Below, in pieces: positions 28,358 to 39,627 of a DNA stretch of 64,000 nucleotides. The stretch is from Squalus acanthias (taxonomy: Eukaryota): the NCBI GenBank assembly GCA_030390025.1, contig CM059432.1, forward strand, positions 147,190,001 to 147,254,000, in the 5' to 3' direction. Under the pieces are notes generated by a model. The model did no database searches, was not told the origin of the DNA, and was given only the letters and a program-made list of their open reading frames with translations. The stretch's first letter is position 1. Each line of letters starts with the position of its first letter. The translations under genes and the position numbers were made by a program.

Positions 28358-28586
28358 TGACATGAATCTTGTCATTCATGTGGCAATGACTTATGAAATA
28401 ATACTGGGCGGCCTGCTGGTGGCGCTGTCCAGGGAGAGTATAAATACTCGGGCATGGGCCCAGCTTGCTCAGGACATTCTTTAACAGGAACTAGCGAAGG
28501 ACACAACTAGACCTCCATGTTGAAAAACAGTTGATTAAAGCTTTGTTTAACGCTTAGACCAAGTGCCCAGTAGTTTTCTTACGACA
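28358..28586 (+). mobile_element. Possible solo LTR; first ~135 bp repeated at 63296-63429
   Basis: TG...CA ends, TATAAATA at ~28439, ATTAAA at 28534; near-identical partial copy 35 kb away; no clean TSD. Confidence 0.4.
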
Positions 28587-29077
28587 GCTGTTATTCTGCC
28601 AATTACGCAGGAAGGTTTCCTCTGTGTTTTGCGTTTAACAAAACTGGATTTACAAGTTCATTACACAGAGTGTACTGAAGGAAATCTTCACTCTATGTTG
28701 CCTAACCTCAAACCTCACAAGTACTCCCCAACACAGTTTTCTGAGTCAGTGGCCCGGAATTTGCGGTCGGGATGACGGCGAACTGGCAGCGTTCACCGTC
28801 ATTCCACCTTTGAATCTGACCGCAGCCTGGGGATTTGCTGCACGCGCGGGGGCTTGGAGAAATCCTGGAGTTGCTGTCTGTCAATGACAGCTCCGAAACA
28901 GGCTGCATGAGATCAGCTTAATAATGATAATTACACAGTGACATATTTATTTGGGGTTTCTCATTCCTAAAACATAATACAGCCTTGTCAGATAAATCAA
29001 TGGAAGGGTCATTGGCATCGCAGTCATTTAAGAAGCATTTTATTATTTATAAAAATAATTGCCCTGATCTTTTCCAG

Positions 29078-29198
29078 GTTTCATTGATTTTATTGTGGAG
29101 CCAACATTTTCCATTCTGACTGACATGTCCGAGAAGATTGTAACTCCCCTTATTGATGAAGCGTCCCGCTCTGGTGGCAGTGGATTTCGACGATCCAG
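29078..29198 (+). CDS. PDE1C-like: PDE1-family phosphodiesterase exon (end of catalytic domain), PDE1C-like
   Basis: tttccag|..|gttagt, 121 bp, phase 1 to 2: (G)FIDFIVEPTFSILTDMSEKIVTPLIDEASRSGGSGFRRS(S). GFIDFIVEPTF is the PDE1 catalytic-domain motif. Confidence 0.93.
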
Positions 29199-30223
29199 GT
29201 TAGTCCGAGGCTGTGAGCCGAGTCATCCAGTCACTCCGAATGATGAACAACACTTCGAGAGCTGCTGATTTTCATTGATGGCCATGTGGTTCAGTAGCCA
29301 GAGGATTCTTTTAGCCTTCCATTCACTGCATGCCGCCCTCAAAAAATGACTGCTGAAATCGGTAGAAAAGACCATTAACGGGCATTATGTACCAGGAGTG
29401 CTGCTGCGTCTGGATCCAGCGTCCCTGCCTCACCCGCCCCCTGTGATCGGACACCCCCCTCCCCCCGAGACCTCTGATCGGGGGGGAGCTAGAAAGCAGG
29501 GAACGAGTTAGTCGCTCGCCCAGGCCCCCTGCACACACCAGCCCTGACCTAAAGTCCAGCGCATCTCGGAAAATCACGGGTGCGCTGACCTGGAAGCTGC
29601 TGTTCCCAGGGAGGAGCAGCACACTCGCAAACAGTGCGTGGTGTGGGGGGGTGGTGGGCAGTTAAAATTGAGTGGGGGACTTACCCACTCCTTTCCCGAC
29701 CCGATCTGACTGACTGCAATTTTAAATTGCAGGGGGCAAGGACCCCCGCCTCAAGCTGGCGCGGTCCACTTCAGATATGCAGATTGGGCTCTGATGGTGC
29801 CATCAGGGTCCCAATCTGCGAGTTTCAAGCTGGGGTCTGAGCCGGGGGGGGGGGGGGGCAGCAGTGGCGACTGCCCTGCCAGGCAAAACCTGTCGGGAGC
29901 CGGATCTAGGGCCAGAGGAGGCTCGGCGAGGTCAATTTAAAATGTTTTTTTACGTTTCATTGTGGGCTAGGCGGTGCTCCCGGTCAAGCAGTGGTTGCTG
30001 CCAGGTTTGAGCGGGAGGCCGAGCTTGAATATTTAAGTGAGTCCCGGGAGTCAAAATCTCTCGGGGCTTCGGCATTTTTTGGGGTTAAAATTCCCCCCAT
30101 TGGTTTCCATTGAAATGGATGGAAGATGGTGGGCAGCACTGCTGGGGACAGAGCTCTGTGCTGGGAATAACCCTTGACACGTCCTCACCATGAAGCCAAA
30201 CAAAGCACAAGTCTGGAATAAAT

Positions 30224-30816
30224 GGGGCCAAATTTCAGTTTAGCCACAGCCGGTGGTCTCTCCCCCCAGCCTCATTCACAGGCCTCTCCCCCCAGCCTCA
30301 TTCACAGGCCTCTCCCCCCAGCTTCATTCACAGGCCTCTCCCCCCAGCCTCATTCACAGGCCTCTCCCCCCAGCCTCATTCACAGGCCTCTCCCCCCAGC
30401 TTCATTCACAGGCCTCTCCCCCCAGCCTCATTCACAGGCCTCTCCCCCCAGCCTCATTCACAGGCCTCTCCCCCCAGCCTCATTCACAGGCCTCTCCCCC
30501 CAGCCTCATTCACAGGCCTCTCCCCCCAGCCTCATTCACAGGCCTCTCCCCCCAGCCTCATTCACAGGCCTCTCCCCCCAGCCTCATTCACAGGCCTCTC
30601 CCCCCAGCCTCGATCGTGGGCCTCTTTCCTCAGTCTCGACCGTGGGCCTCTCCGACCTCCCGATTGCCAGGGACTGTCCGCTGTTGTTCCATCCCGCCCG
30701 CCAGCCAGGCTGTCCATTAAGTTCGGCAGCACCTTTGCATCCCTGGCGTTTCTGGGTTCTTCGGCCATTTACTGCCTTACCCACACTCACCTCGCCTCGC
30801 CGTAAATATTCGGGCC
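30224..30816. mobile_element. Harbinger-type MITE-like element containing a minisatellite
   Basis: Ends GGGGCCAAATTT.. and ..AAATATTCGGGCC resemble the other MITE ends in the window. Confidence 0.45.
30256..30610. repeat. 26-bp minisatellite GGCCTCTCCCCCCAGCCTCATTCACA, ~13.5 copies
   Basis: Directly visible; the 26-aa periodicity in the overlapping ORFs equals 3 x 26 nt. Confidence 0.97.
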
Positions 30817-30867
30817 GTTGTGTTTGCCAGTATCTCCTATTAATTTGGTCGTTTTCCTTGTGTCTAG

Positions 30868-31046
30868 TCTGAGCAGTATTCAATCCACTGAAGTGAAACG
30901 GTCAAGCGTGAAGAACAATCCACTGTCTGAAGGAAGTTCCTTATTAAATAGTTCCCTACTCACTGTGGATGTGAAGAACTTTAAAAGTAACTGGAATGAT
31001 ATATTACAGCAAAATCGTGAGAAATGGAAGGCACTGCACACGAAAG
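30868..31046 (+). CDS. PDE1C-like: PDE1-family exon
   Basis: ccttgtgtctag|..|gtcagc, 179 bp, phase 2 to 1, in frame with both neighbours: (S)LSSIQSTEVKRSSVKNNPLSEGSSLLNSSLLTVDVKNFKSNWNDILQQNREKWKALHTK. Resembles the PDE1C/PDE1A post-catalytic helix. Confidence 0.9.
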
Positions 31047-32606
31047 GTCAGCAAAGCAAATGGTGTCTGTGTGCATTCGAGGTGATACATGTCTATCGTA
31101 ATTCACTGTGTGGATTCTTTAAAATGTAGAGCAGAAGAACTGTGACATTTTGGTGCAAACTTATTTATCACAATTAACAATTGCTTTCCCTGACAGAAAT
31201 AACAGCTGACTGTTCTATCCATGTGGATCCCCAGCTCTGTGACCTCCCCAGGCTATTGGCCCTTTAGTCAGCTGCAGGCCCATTTGTCCCATTGGCGCTT
31301 AGAGCTGGACATTCGCAAAGTTTTGCCAAGATTCAACAACAATTGTTCTGCCTAACAGGAAGGGTGGATTTTGGCCATCCCGCTAAAACAGTCAATAGGG
31401 AAACCTGTTTCCAGCGGGATATCCCTATAAAGCTTGCATCCCTTTTATCTACCGTCCACATCAATGGCTTCTACAGGATGAAATCCCAATGTTTCTTCAC
31501 CAAACAAAAAAAAATATCTTTTCTGTTTTTGTTATTTGTACTTTTTCACTCATTTATGTGTCTTTGGATGTCACACTTTAATCCCGCCTGGTGACCTGCT
31601 CCATCAATTCTGCCACCCTGTAACCAATTACCAAGAGCATGTGAGAGTGGTCTAATGGGACTCGCCCTTCGAACTGTCCCTCCCTCCCTGTGGGGAGGAG
31701 CCTGGTCTCTGTGTCGCACCTCCCTTAACAGGATGGTCAAGGGCTCACCATGTTCAACCCAGCACATCAGTGCTCACAACACACTGCCCCATCAGTGTGA
31801 TCAAACAGCCTATAATCTGGCTGCACAGCACCCCTTTTTCATTGCTAGCCAGCCTACTAATAAGCCCCCAATACGGCAGGCAGGAAGCTTGCGTACATTT
31901 CTAGCCAGAAATGCACTGCCTGCCATATTGGTGAAGGAAATAGAATAGGTGTCCGGGGCCCATGGCTGAAACAGACATTACAACCTTTGCATGTGCAAAT
32001 AAGGGGCCCAACGCCTATTTGAGATCGCCACTGCAAGATTGGTTTGCCCTGAGGAAGCCGGCGCCAACACCAGCCACACTCAGGAAAACCAGACCCTGGT
32101 TGCTGCCAACAAGGTAAGTTTTTGAAACTTACTAACCTGAATGTGGAGCCAGGCAGAGCAGAATGCTCCTCCAGACCCCACATTTAAAACACACAGGACC
32201 CCCATCCCAATCGCCACTTCTCAACCCCGCCAATCGTGAACCCCTTCCTTGGCCTCCTATCTCTTCCCTGACCTCTGATCCCCCTCCAGCCTCCCGGCCT
32301 CCTGTCTTCCCCCCCTACCCTATTGATCTACAGACAAGTTAGGGCAGGCATTCCTCTGGGGTTATGCGCCACTTTGGGGATTTTTGCACCAGACGTATTG
32401 TCAGCCCCAAAGCATATTCAAAATTATGTGTTCAGGACAGAAAAGCATTCTTCATCATAAACACCACAGCAACACTGGATGCTAGGAGCCAGTGAAAATT
32501 AGGTAAATATGCCTGAACCTGGTAAATCATCCAGAGTCAGCGGCACAGCAGCAATGTGGGCAGAATTCCCACCCATCCCATCTGTGATGTGGCCATGTGA
32601 AATATA

Positions 32607-33523
32607 AAACATAGAACATAGAGAAATAGGAGCAGGAGTAGGCCATTCAGCCCTTCGAGCCTGCTCCGCCATTCAATATGATCATGGCTGATCCTCTATC
32701 TCAATACCATATTCCCGCTCTCTCTCCATACCCCTTGATGCCTTTTGTGTCTAGAAATCTATCTACTTCTTAAATATATTCAGTGACTTGGCCTCCACAG
32801 CCTTCTGTGGTAGAGAATTCTAGAGGTTCACCACCCTCTGAGTGAAGAAATTTCTCCTCATCTCAGTCCTAAATGTCCTACCCCGTATCCTGAGACTGTG
32901 ACCCCTCGTTCTAGACCCGCCAGCCAGGGGAAACATCCTCCCTGCATCCAGTCTGTCTAGCCCTGTCAGAATTTTATACGTTTCAATGAGATCCCTCTCA
33001 TTCTTCTAAACTCTAGTGAATACAGGCCTAGTCGACCCAAGCTCTCCTCCTACAACAGTCCTGCCATCCCAGGAATCAGTCTGGTGAACCTTCGCTGCAC
33101 TCCCTCTATGGCAAGTATATCCATTCTTAGGTAAGGAGACCAAAACTGCACACAGTACTCCAGGTGTGGTCTCACCAAGGCCCTGTATAACTGTAGTAAG
33201 ACATCCTTGCTCCTGTACTCAAATCCTCTTGCAATGAATGCCAACATATCATTTTCCTTCCTAACTGCTTGCTGCACCTGCATGTTTGCTTTCAGTGACT
33301 GGTGTACAAGGACACCCAGGTCCCTTTGTACATCAGCATTTCCCAATCTATCACCATTTAAATAATACTCTACCTTTCTGTTTTTCCTACTGAAGTGGAT
33401 AACTTCACATTTATCCACGTTATACTGCATCTGCCATGTATTTGCCCACTCACTCAACTTGTCTAAGTCACCTTGAGGCCTCTTTGCATCCTCCTCACAA
33501 CTCACAGTTCCACCTAGTTTCAC
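32607..33523 (-). mobile_element. CR1 LINE 3' fragment
   Basis: KLGGTVSCEEDAKR..WQMQYNVDKC..RPHLEYCVQFWSP; (CATAGAA) tail at left. Confidence 0.95.
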
Positions 33524-33885
33524 AGTAGTGTTCTTTCTGAATCTTGATTATTTCATTAAAAAAAAGCTTTGGAGCTTACCGTCAATTCACTGAGACCAAT
33601 TTCTTCAACATGACCCCCACCTGCTAAGAGACTGAGAAAAGTAGGAAGGAGAAAGGTATAGAATAAGGTGTATGAGACAGAGATTTAATGGTAAGAAAGG
33701 CACTGTTAATGGAGCAAGTAAATTGCTGTAATATTCCGATTTATTTTAGCATCATGCTGTGTGAGCGAAAAACTTTTCACAATGGCTGGCCCAGGGAGAT
33801 TGGAGTTTTCCAGGAACTGCTTGCTGACTGTCTAAAGGTTCACAAATGCTCCGGCGATGTTGCTGTAATTTGTTTGTTTCATTAG

Positions 33886-34086
33886 ATGCAGAAGAAAAAG
33901 CCAGAAGAGAAACTATAGAGAAGGCCGGACAAGAGTCCACGGAAGTACCAGAGCAACAAGTTAACAAAGAACAAACAGCTGAACAGGGAAAGGACGATGA
34001 GTCTAAGGAAGAAGCAAGCTATTGTGAAATAGGGAAAGGTACTGATGACAGTATATCAGAAGGCGGAGCACAGCTTATACAGAATG
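33886..34086 (+). CDS. PDE1C-like: PDE1-family C-terminal acidic tail exon
   Basis: tttgtttcattag|..|gtgagt, 201 bp, phase 1 to 1: (D)AEEKARRETIEKAGQES..EGGAQLIQN(G); cf. PDE1C EAEEKAR...QQQNG. Confidence 0.85.
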
Positions 34087-35017
34087 GTGAGTCAAAGCCT
34101 CTTTAAATGTACATGCTAAACGTCTTTCTCAGCTGTGATTCTGGCACTTCCTGTGTGTGCCCACTTACTATAAAGTTTACAACACAGGAGGAAATCATTT
34201 GGTCGATCATATTTGTGCCTGCTCTGGAACAATGGGAAACTAATCCCACGGCCCTGCTCTTGACCATTACTCCTATATCTCAGGTATTAGGGCCACTGCT
34301 CTTTTTGATATATATATATGTTAATGATCTGGACTTGGGGAGAGGGGGCACATTTTCAAAGTCTGTAAATTACACAAAACCTGGAAATGTCGTTAAAAGT
34401 GAGAAGGATAGAGGAGGACATGGACAGACTGGGGAAATGGGCAGAGACACGGCAGAGGACATTTAATGCAGATAGTTAATATTCAATTGTCAGTCAACGT
34501 CCTTCCTTCTCAGGTTCACAACAATATGTTTCGAGTAAACACAAGACATTTGATGGTGAATTATATAGAACAGACTTTGTTGCTATCTAGTATAGGTGAT
34601 CGGCCGAACGAGACAACTAGAGAGTGGCTTTCGGTTTCCAGTTCTATCTTTCGAGCCCTCTGAAGAACTGTTGAAAATCATGTTCCTTTATACACCATAT
34701 ATTGCCTAAGTTAAAGGTCACAGATAAGACCTCCGAATGTATCTGTTCCTGAATCCCTTGAAAACAGTCTATTCATTAAACAGTTGTAGTTGTTTACTCC
34801 AAAGCTACTCCGCTCAAACAAGACTTCCTGACTTAACTGTTCTCGAATCCAGGGAAGAGAAGGCTTTATTAACTATTATTTTTCTATACTATAGTTAATG
34901 GATCCTTCTGTCTATGTTTATTACCCTAGCCTAAATGACTCATGGCTGACATCATTTATTTTCTTGCACACGCACTTCTTGTATATAACGACTAAACATT
35001 CCCTTGTGGAACTCCAC

Positions 35018-37720
35018 TGGAAAAGGTGGTACGACCATGGCTAACTAGAGAAGTTAAGGATAGTATTAGTTTAAAAGAAAAGGCTTGCACTGTTGCCAAA
35101 GAGAGTAGTAAGCCTGAGGATTGGGAGGGTATAAAAATCAGCAAAGGATGACCAAGAAATTGATAAAGAGGAAGAAATAAAAAGGAAGAGATTAGCGAAA
35201 GTAAGCGAGGGTCCCTTAGAGGCAGAGACAGGAGAATTTATAATGGGGAATAAGGACATGGCAGAGACATTAAACAAATGTTTTGTGTCTGTCTTCACAG
35301 TAGAAGACACAAAGAACATACTGGAAATTATGGGGAACCACAGGACTAATGAGCGTGAGGAACTTAAAGTAATTAATATTAGTAAAGAAAAAGTACTGGA
35401 GAAATTAAGGGGCTAAAAGCTGACAAATCCCCTGGACCTGATGGCCTACATCCTAGGGTTTTAAAGAGTTGGCTGCAGAGATAGTGGATGCATTGGTTTG
35501 ATCTTCCAGAATTCCCTACATTCTAGAATGGGCCCCAAGGCTTGGAAGGTAGCAAATGTAACCCTGCTGTTGAAGAAAGGAGGGAGAGAGAAAGCGGAAC
35601 TATATGCCAGTTAACCTGATATCAATAGTAGGGAAAATGCTAGAATCTAATATTAAAGATGTGGTAACAGGGCAGTTGGAAAAATCATAATGGCCCAGAA
35701 ATTAAACATCGATGGTTCCCGCGGGGGTAAGGATTCCCCGCGATATCGCACTCCGCGCCTACCTTTTTGTTTCGGGCCCACACGAACTTCAGTTTCAGGG
35801 CCTCTCCCTGTTGCAACCGTGCAGTGCTTGCGTGTCCCAGAGGCGCAATTAGTTCGTGCGAGCTCTGGGATCACGTGATTCAGTTAGAGCCAATGGCAGC
35901 ACACCATCTTTCATTCATAGTTTTGACAGCAAGGGCTGTCAAAGCTATGAATACAAGCCCCCAAAAGAACAGCTAAACCTCAATTAAATTTAAAAAAAAG
36001 CCATCACATTAATAAAATAAGTATAGTTAAATAAATTAACCACTTTAAACAAAAAATTAAATTTTTGAAAAAATTTAAAATCTTTTTAAAAGTTATAAAA
36101 ATAAACTTACCTTTCTTTAAAGTCTCTAAAAAAGATAAACCTGTTGAAAAAAATTTAAAATAACACTTAATTAACTACTTACCTTGTTAAAAGGGGGTCC
36201 TACACCTGCTTTCTTTATGTGTAAAATCTTCACCACTTACCTGCGCGTTCAAACCTGAAAAAAAAACTAAGTGCGCTGCGTGCTCGCAGCCTGTAGTGCG
36301 CACGCGGTTCACTTAGGAACCGCCCCCTTCGCAATACACGAAGTGCCGGTTTCCCGCGCATGCGCAGTGCATGCAGGAAACCGGCAATTCGGGACCTAAT
36401 ACGCGAGAGTACACAGTGCGTACTCTCCCGCATTAGGTCTAATTTTTGGGCCAATATGATTAGGCAGAGTCAACCTGGTTTTACGAAAGGGAAATTGTGT
36501 TCGAAATATCTATTAGAGTTTTTTGAGGGTGTCACTTGCACTGTAGATAAGACGGAACCAGTGGATGTAGTATATTTGGATTTTCAGAGGGCATTTGATA
36601 TGGTGTCCCACAAGATGTTGTTACACAACATTAGGGCTCATGGGATTGGGAGTAATATATCAGCATGGATTGGGTATTGGTTAACGGAGAAAACAGAGTA
36701 GGAATAAATGGGTCATTTCTGGGTTGGCAAGGTGTAACTGGAGGAGTACCGCAAGGATCAGTGCTTGGGCCTCAGCTATTTACAATCTATATCAATGACT
36801 TAGATGAGAGGACCGAGTGTAATATAGCCAAGTTTGCTGATGATACAAAGCTAGGTGGGAAACTAAGCTGTGAGGAGGACGCAAAGAGCCTGCAAAGGGA
36901 TATAGACCAGTTAAGTGATTGGACAAGAAAGTGGCAGATGAAGTATAATGTGTGAAATTATCCACTTTGTTAGGAAGAATGGAAAAGCAGAATATTTTTT
37001 AAATGGTGAGAGACCTAGGGAATGGTGGTGTTCAGAGGGATTTGGGGGTCCTTGTACATGAGTCACAGAAAGTTAACGTGCAGGTACAGCAAGCAATTAG
37101 GAAGGCAAATGGTATGTTAGCCTTTATTGCAAGGGGTTTGGAGTATAAGAGTAAGGAAGTCTTGCTGCAATTATATAGGGCTTTGATGAGACCACACCTG
37201 GAGTATTGTGTACAGTTTCAGTCTCCTCACCTCAGGAAGGATATACTTGCAACGAAGATTCACTAGATTGATTCCTGGGATGAGAGGGCTGTCCTATGAG
37301 GAGTGGTTGAGTAGAATGGGCCGATATTCTTCGGAGATTAGAAGAGAGGTGATCTCGTTGAAATATGTAAAATTCTTGACAGGATAAATTCTGTGAGGTT
37401 GTTTCCCCTGGAGAGTCTAGAACCAGGGGTCACAGTCTCAGGATAAGGGGTCGGACATTTAGGACTGAGATGAGGAGAAATTTCTTCACTCAGAGGGTTG
37501 TGAATCTTTAGAATTCTTTACCCCAGAGGGCTGTGGATGTTTGGACGATGAGTATATTCAAGACAGAGATCGATAGATTCTTGGGCACTAAGGGAATCAA
37601 GGGATATGGGGATAGGGCGGGAAAATGGAGTTGATGTAGAAGTTCAGCCATGATCTTATTGAATGGCGGAGCAGGCTCGAGGGGCAGTATGGCCTACTCC
37701 TGCTTCTGTTGCTATGTTTT
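35018..37720 (+). mobile_element. Decayed CR1 LINE (RT region to 3' UTR), interrupted by a MITE
   Basis: KSPGPDGLHPRVL, QPGFTKGKLC..YLDFQRAFD, GVPQGSVLGPQLFTIYINDL..KFADDTKL; many frameshifts. Confidence 0.93.
35692..36452. mobile_element. Harbinger-type MITE with AT-rich core
   Basis: TIRs GGCCCAGAAATTA / TAATTTTTGGGCC; 3-bp TSD AAT; the CR1 sequence rejoins exactly across it. Confidence 0.9.
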
Positions 37721-37724
37721 TCAC

Positions 37725-38725
37725 AGTGAAGTGTGGTGATGTATTTTTGAAGGAAGAATAAGGAGAGGCACTATAAATTAAATGATACAATTTTAAAGGG
37801 GGTGCAGGAACAAAGAGACCGAGGGGGTTTACATTCACAAATCTTTGAAGGTAGTAGGACAAGTTGAGAAGGCTGTTACAAAAGCATACAGGATCCTTGG
37901 CTTTATAAATAGACGCATAGAGTACAGAAACAAGGAAGTTATGCTGAACCTGATTGGCCCTGATATTTTTTGGGACAGGATTTCAAAGTGGGGGAGTGGA
38001 GTCCTGGTCGGGAACGCAGTGGAGTTTTAACCATATACAGTGCGCGTGCTTTTTTGTTAACAGGTTCCCCACTGGAAGCCAGCCTGATTGACAGGCTTGG
38101 TTCCCTGTCGGGCGGGGAACGCTGCAGAAGTGGCCGCAGCCCAGGAGCAGATATGCTGCTGCTCGAGGTAGAGATCGGGAGATGGATGGCTGGGTACAGC
38201 GTGGTTTGGAAGGGTCAGGAGGGTGATCGCTGGGGTCGGAGAGAGATGAGGGGTGGGGTAGAGATGGTGGGGTGGGGGGTCAGTGATTGCGGGGGTGGGG
38301 TCCGTTCGCGGGGGGGATTCCGATCACAGGGGTTGGTCTGATTGCGGGGGGGAGGTCTGTGAGTGGGGAAACAGGTTTGCTTGGGGGGCCAGGGGAAGCA
38401 CACCTGCTCCTCCTGTTCCACAAGCATTCGTGGAAAAGCACTTACCCGTTCCAGCAGTCCTTGCCTCCCTTTAGTTGTCAAGTTTCCCGAGGCCCGGGAA
38501 ACCCAGCCGGTCAGCGTTAAAGTTGGAAGAGAGAAAAATTATGAGGCACGCAGCCTCATTAAAATATTTAAATGAGCGACCCGCCTCCTGGGAGTGGGAT
38601 CTTTGCCCCCCCACCCCCCAATCCTGCATGCACTACCTGAAAGGGCGGTGGAAGCACATTCAATAGTAACTTTCAAAAGGGAATTGGAAAAATACCTGAA
38701 AAGGAAGAATTTTCAGGGGTGTGGG
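37725..38725 (+). mobile_element. CR1 fragments (37725-37952, ~38625-38725) flanking a GC-rich MITE-like insert (~37956-38620)
   Basis: KVVGQVEKAVTKAYRILGFINRRIEY and ALPERAVEA..TFKRELEKYL; insert begins GGCCCTGATATTT. Confidence 0.65.
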
Positions 38726-38730
38726 ACGAG

Positions 38731-38982
38731 AAAGAAAGAAAGACTTGTATTTATACAGCGCCTTTCACCACCACCGGACGTCCCAAAGTGCTTTACTGAG
38801 GTACTTTCTGATGTGTAGTCACTGTTGTAATGTAGGAAATGCGGCAGCCAATTTGTGCCCAGCAAGCGCCCACAAACAGCATTGTGCTAATGACCGGATA
38901 ATCTGTTTTTTAGTGATGTTGATTGAGGAATAAATATTGGCCGGGACATCGGGGAGAGCTCCCCTGCTCTTCTTCGAAATAG
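38731..38982 (-). mobile_element. SacSINE1/DeuSINE-type SINE, 3' half
   Basis: Deu-domain-like GAAGAAGAGCAGGGGAG..CCAATATTTAT..CAAATTGGCTGCC..TTACAACAGTGACTAC and (TCTT)n tail. Confidence 0.85.
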
Positions 38983-38989
38983 CGAACAC

Positions 38990-39200
38990 TGGGGTAATGG
39001 TTGAACGGGACTTGGTGCGAGTTAGGATATGGGCAGCAGAGTTTAGAATGAGCTCATGTTTATGGAGGATGGACGATGGGAGGCCGGCCAGGAAAGCTTA
39101 TAATAGTCAAGTCTAGAGGTAACGAGAGCATGGATGAGGGTTTCAGCAGTCGGGCGATGTTCCGGAGGTGGAAATGGGCGGTCTTGGTGAAGGCGCAGAT
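38990..39200 (-). mobile_element. L2-clade LINE fragment
   Basis: AETLIHALVTSRLDY motif. Confidence 0.8.
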
Positions 39201-39627
39201 CTGTAATGGGCAGCCGATTCGCTACCGACCGGTTGAGCCTCCACAACAGCTGAATTTCACCCCCGATGTTTCTAGTCCAAGAGCTGGGCTTCAATGGAAA
39301 GAAGAATCGTGAGAGGTGTAAAATGGACTGCAGACTCGCTATCACTCTTTCACACAAAGTCAAGATCTATCCCCTTATTTCCTATTCCAACAGAGTAAAC
39401 CTTTGGGAGACTGTGTGGGAGACAGTGGGATAGCACTGTCACCTCTGAGACTTGGGTTTCAATCCATCCGTTACTGGTGGGGTTGACAGTGTAAAGATTC
39501 TGAGCAGAGAGAGTTTGGATACTTGGTCGTAAGCAGGCAGTGTTCGTCAGGAAGAAGCATATGGATGACTGGTGTCAATGTGGGACTACATAAAGCAAGC
39601 TTTACTGTGCTTCTTACCATGTTCTAC

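Noticed and set aside
30222..30872. Pro/Ser-rich 216-aa ORF
   Set aside because: Translation of the 26-bp minisatellite.
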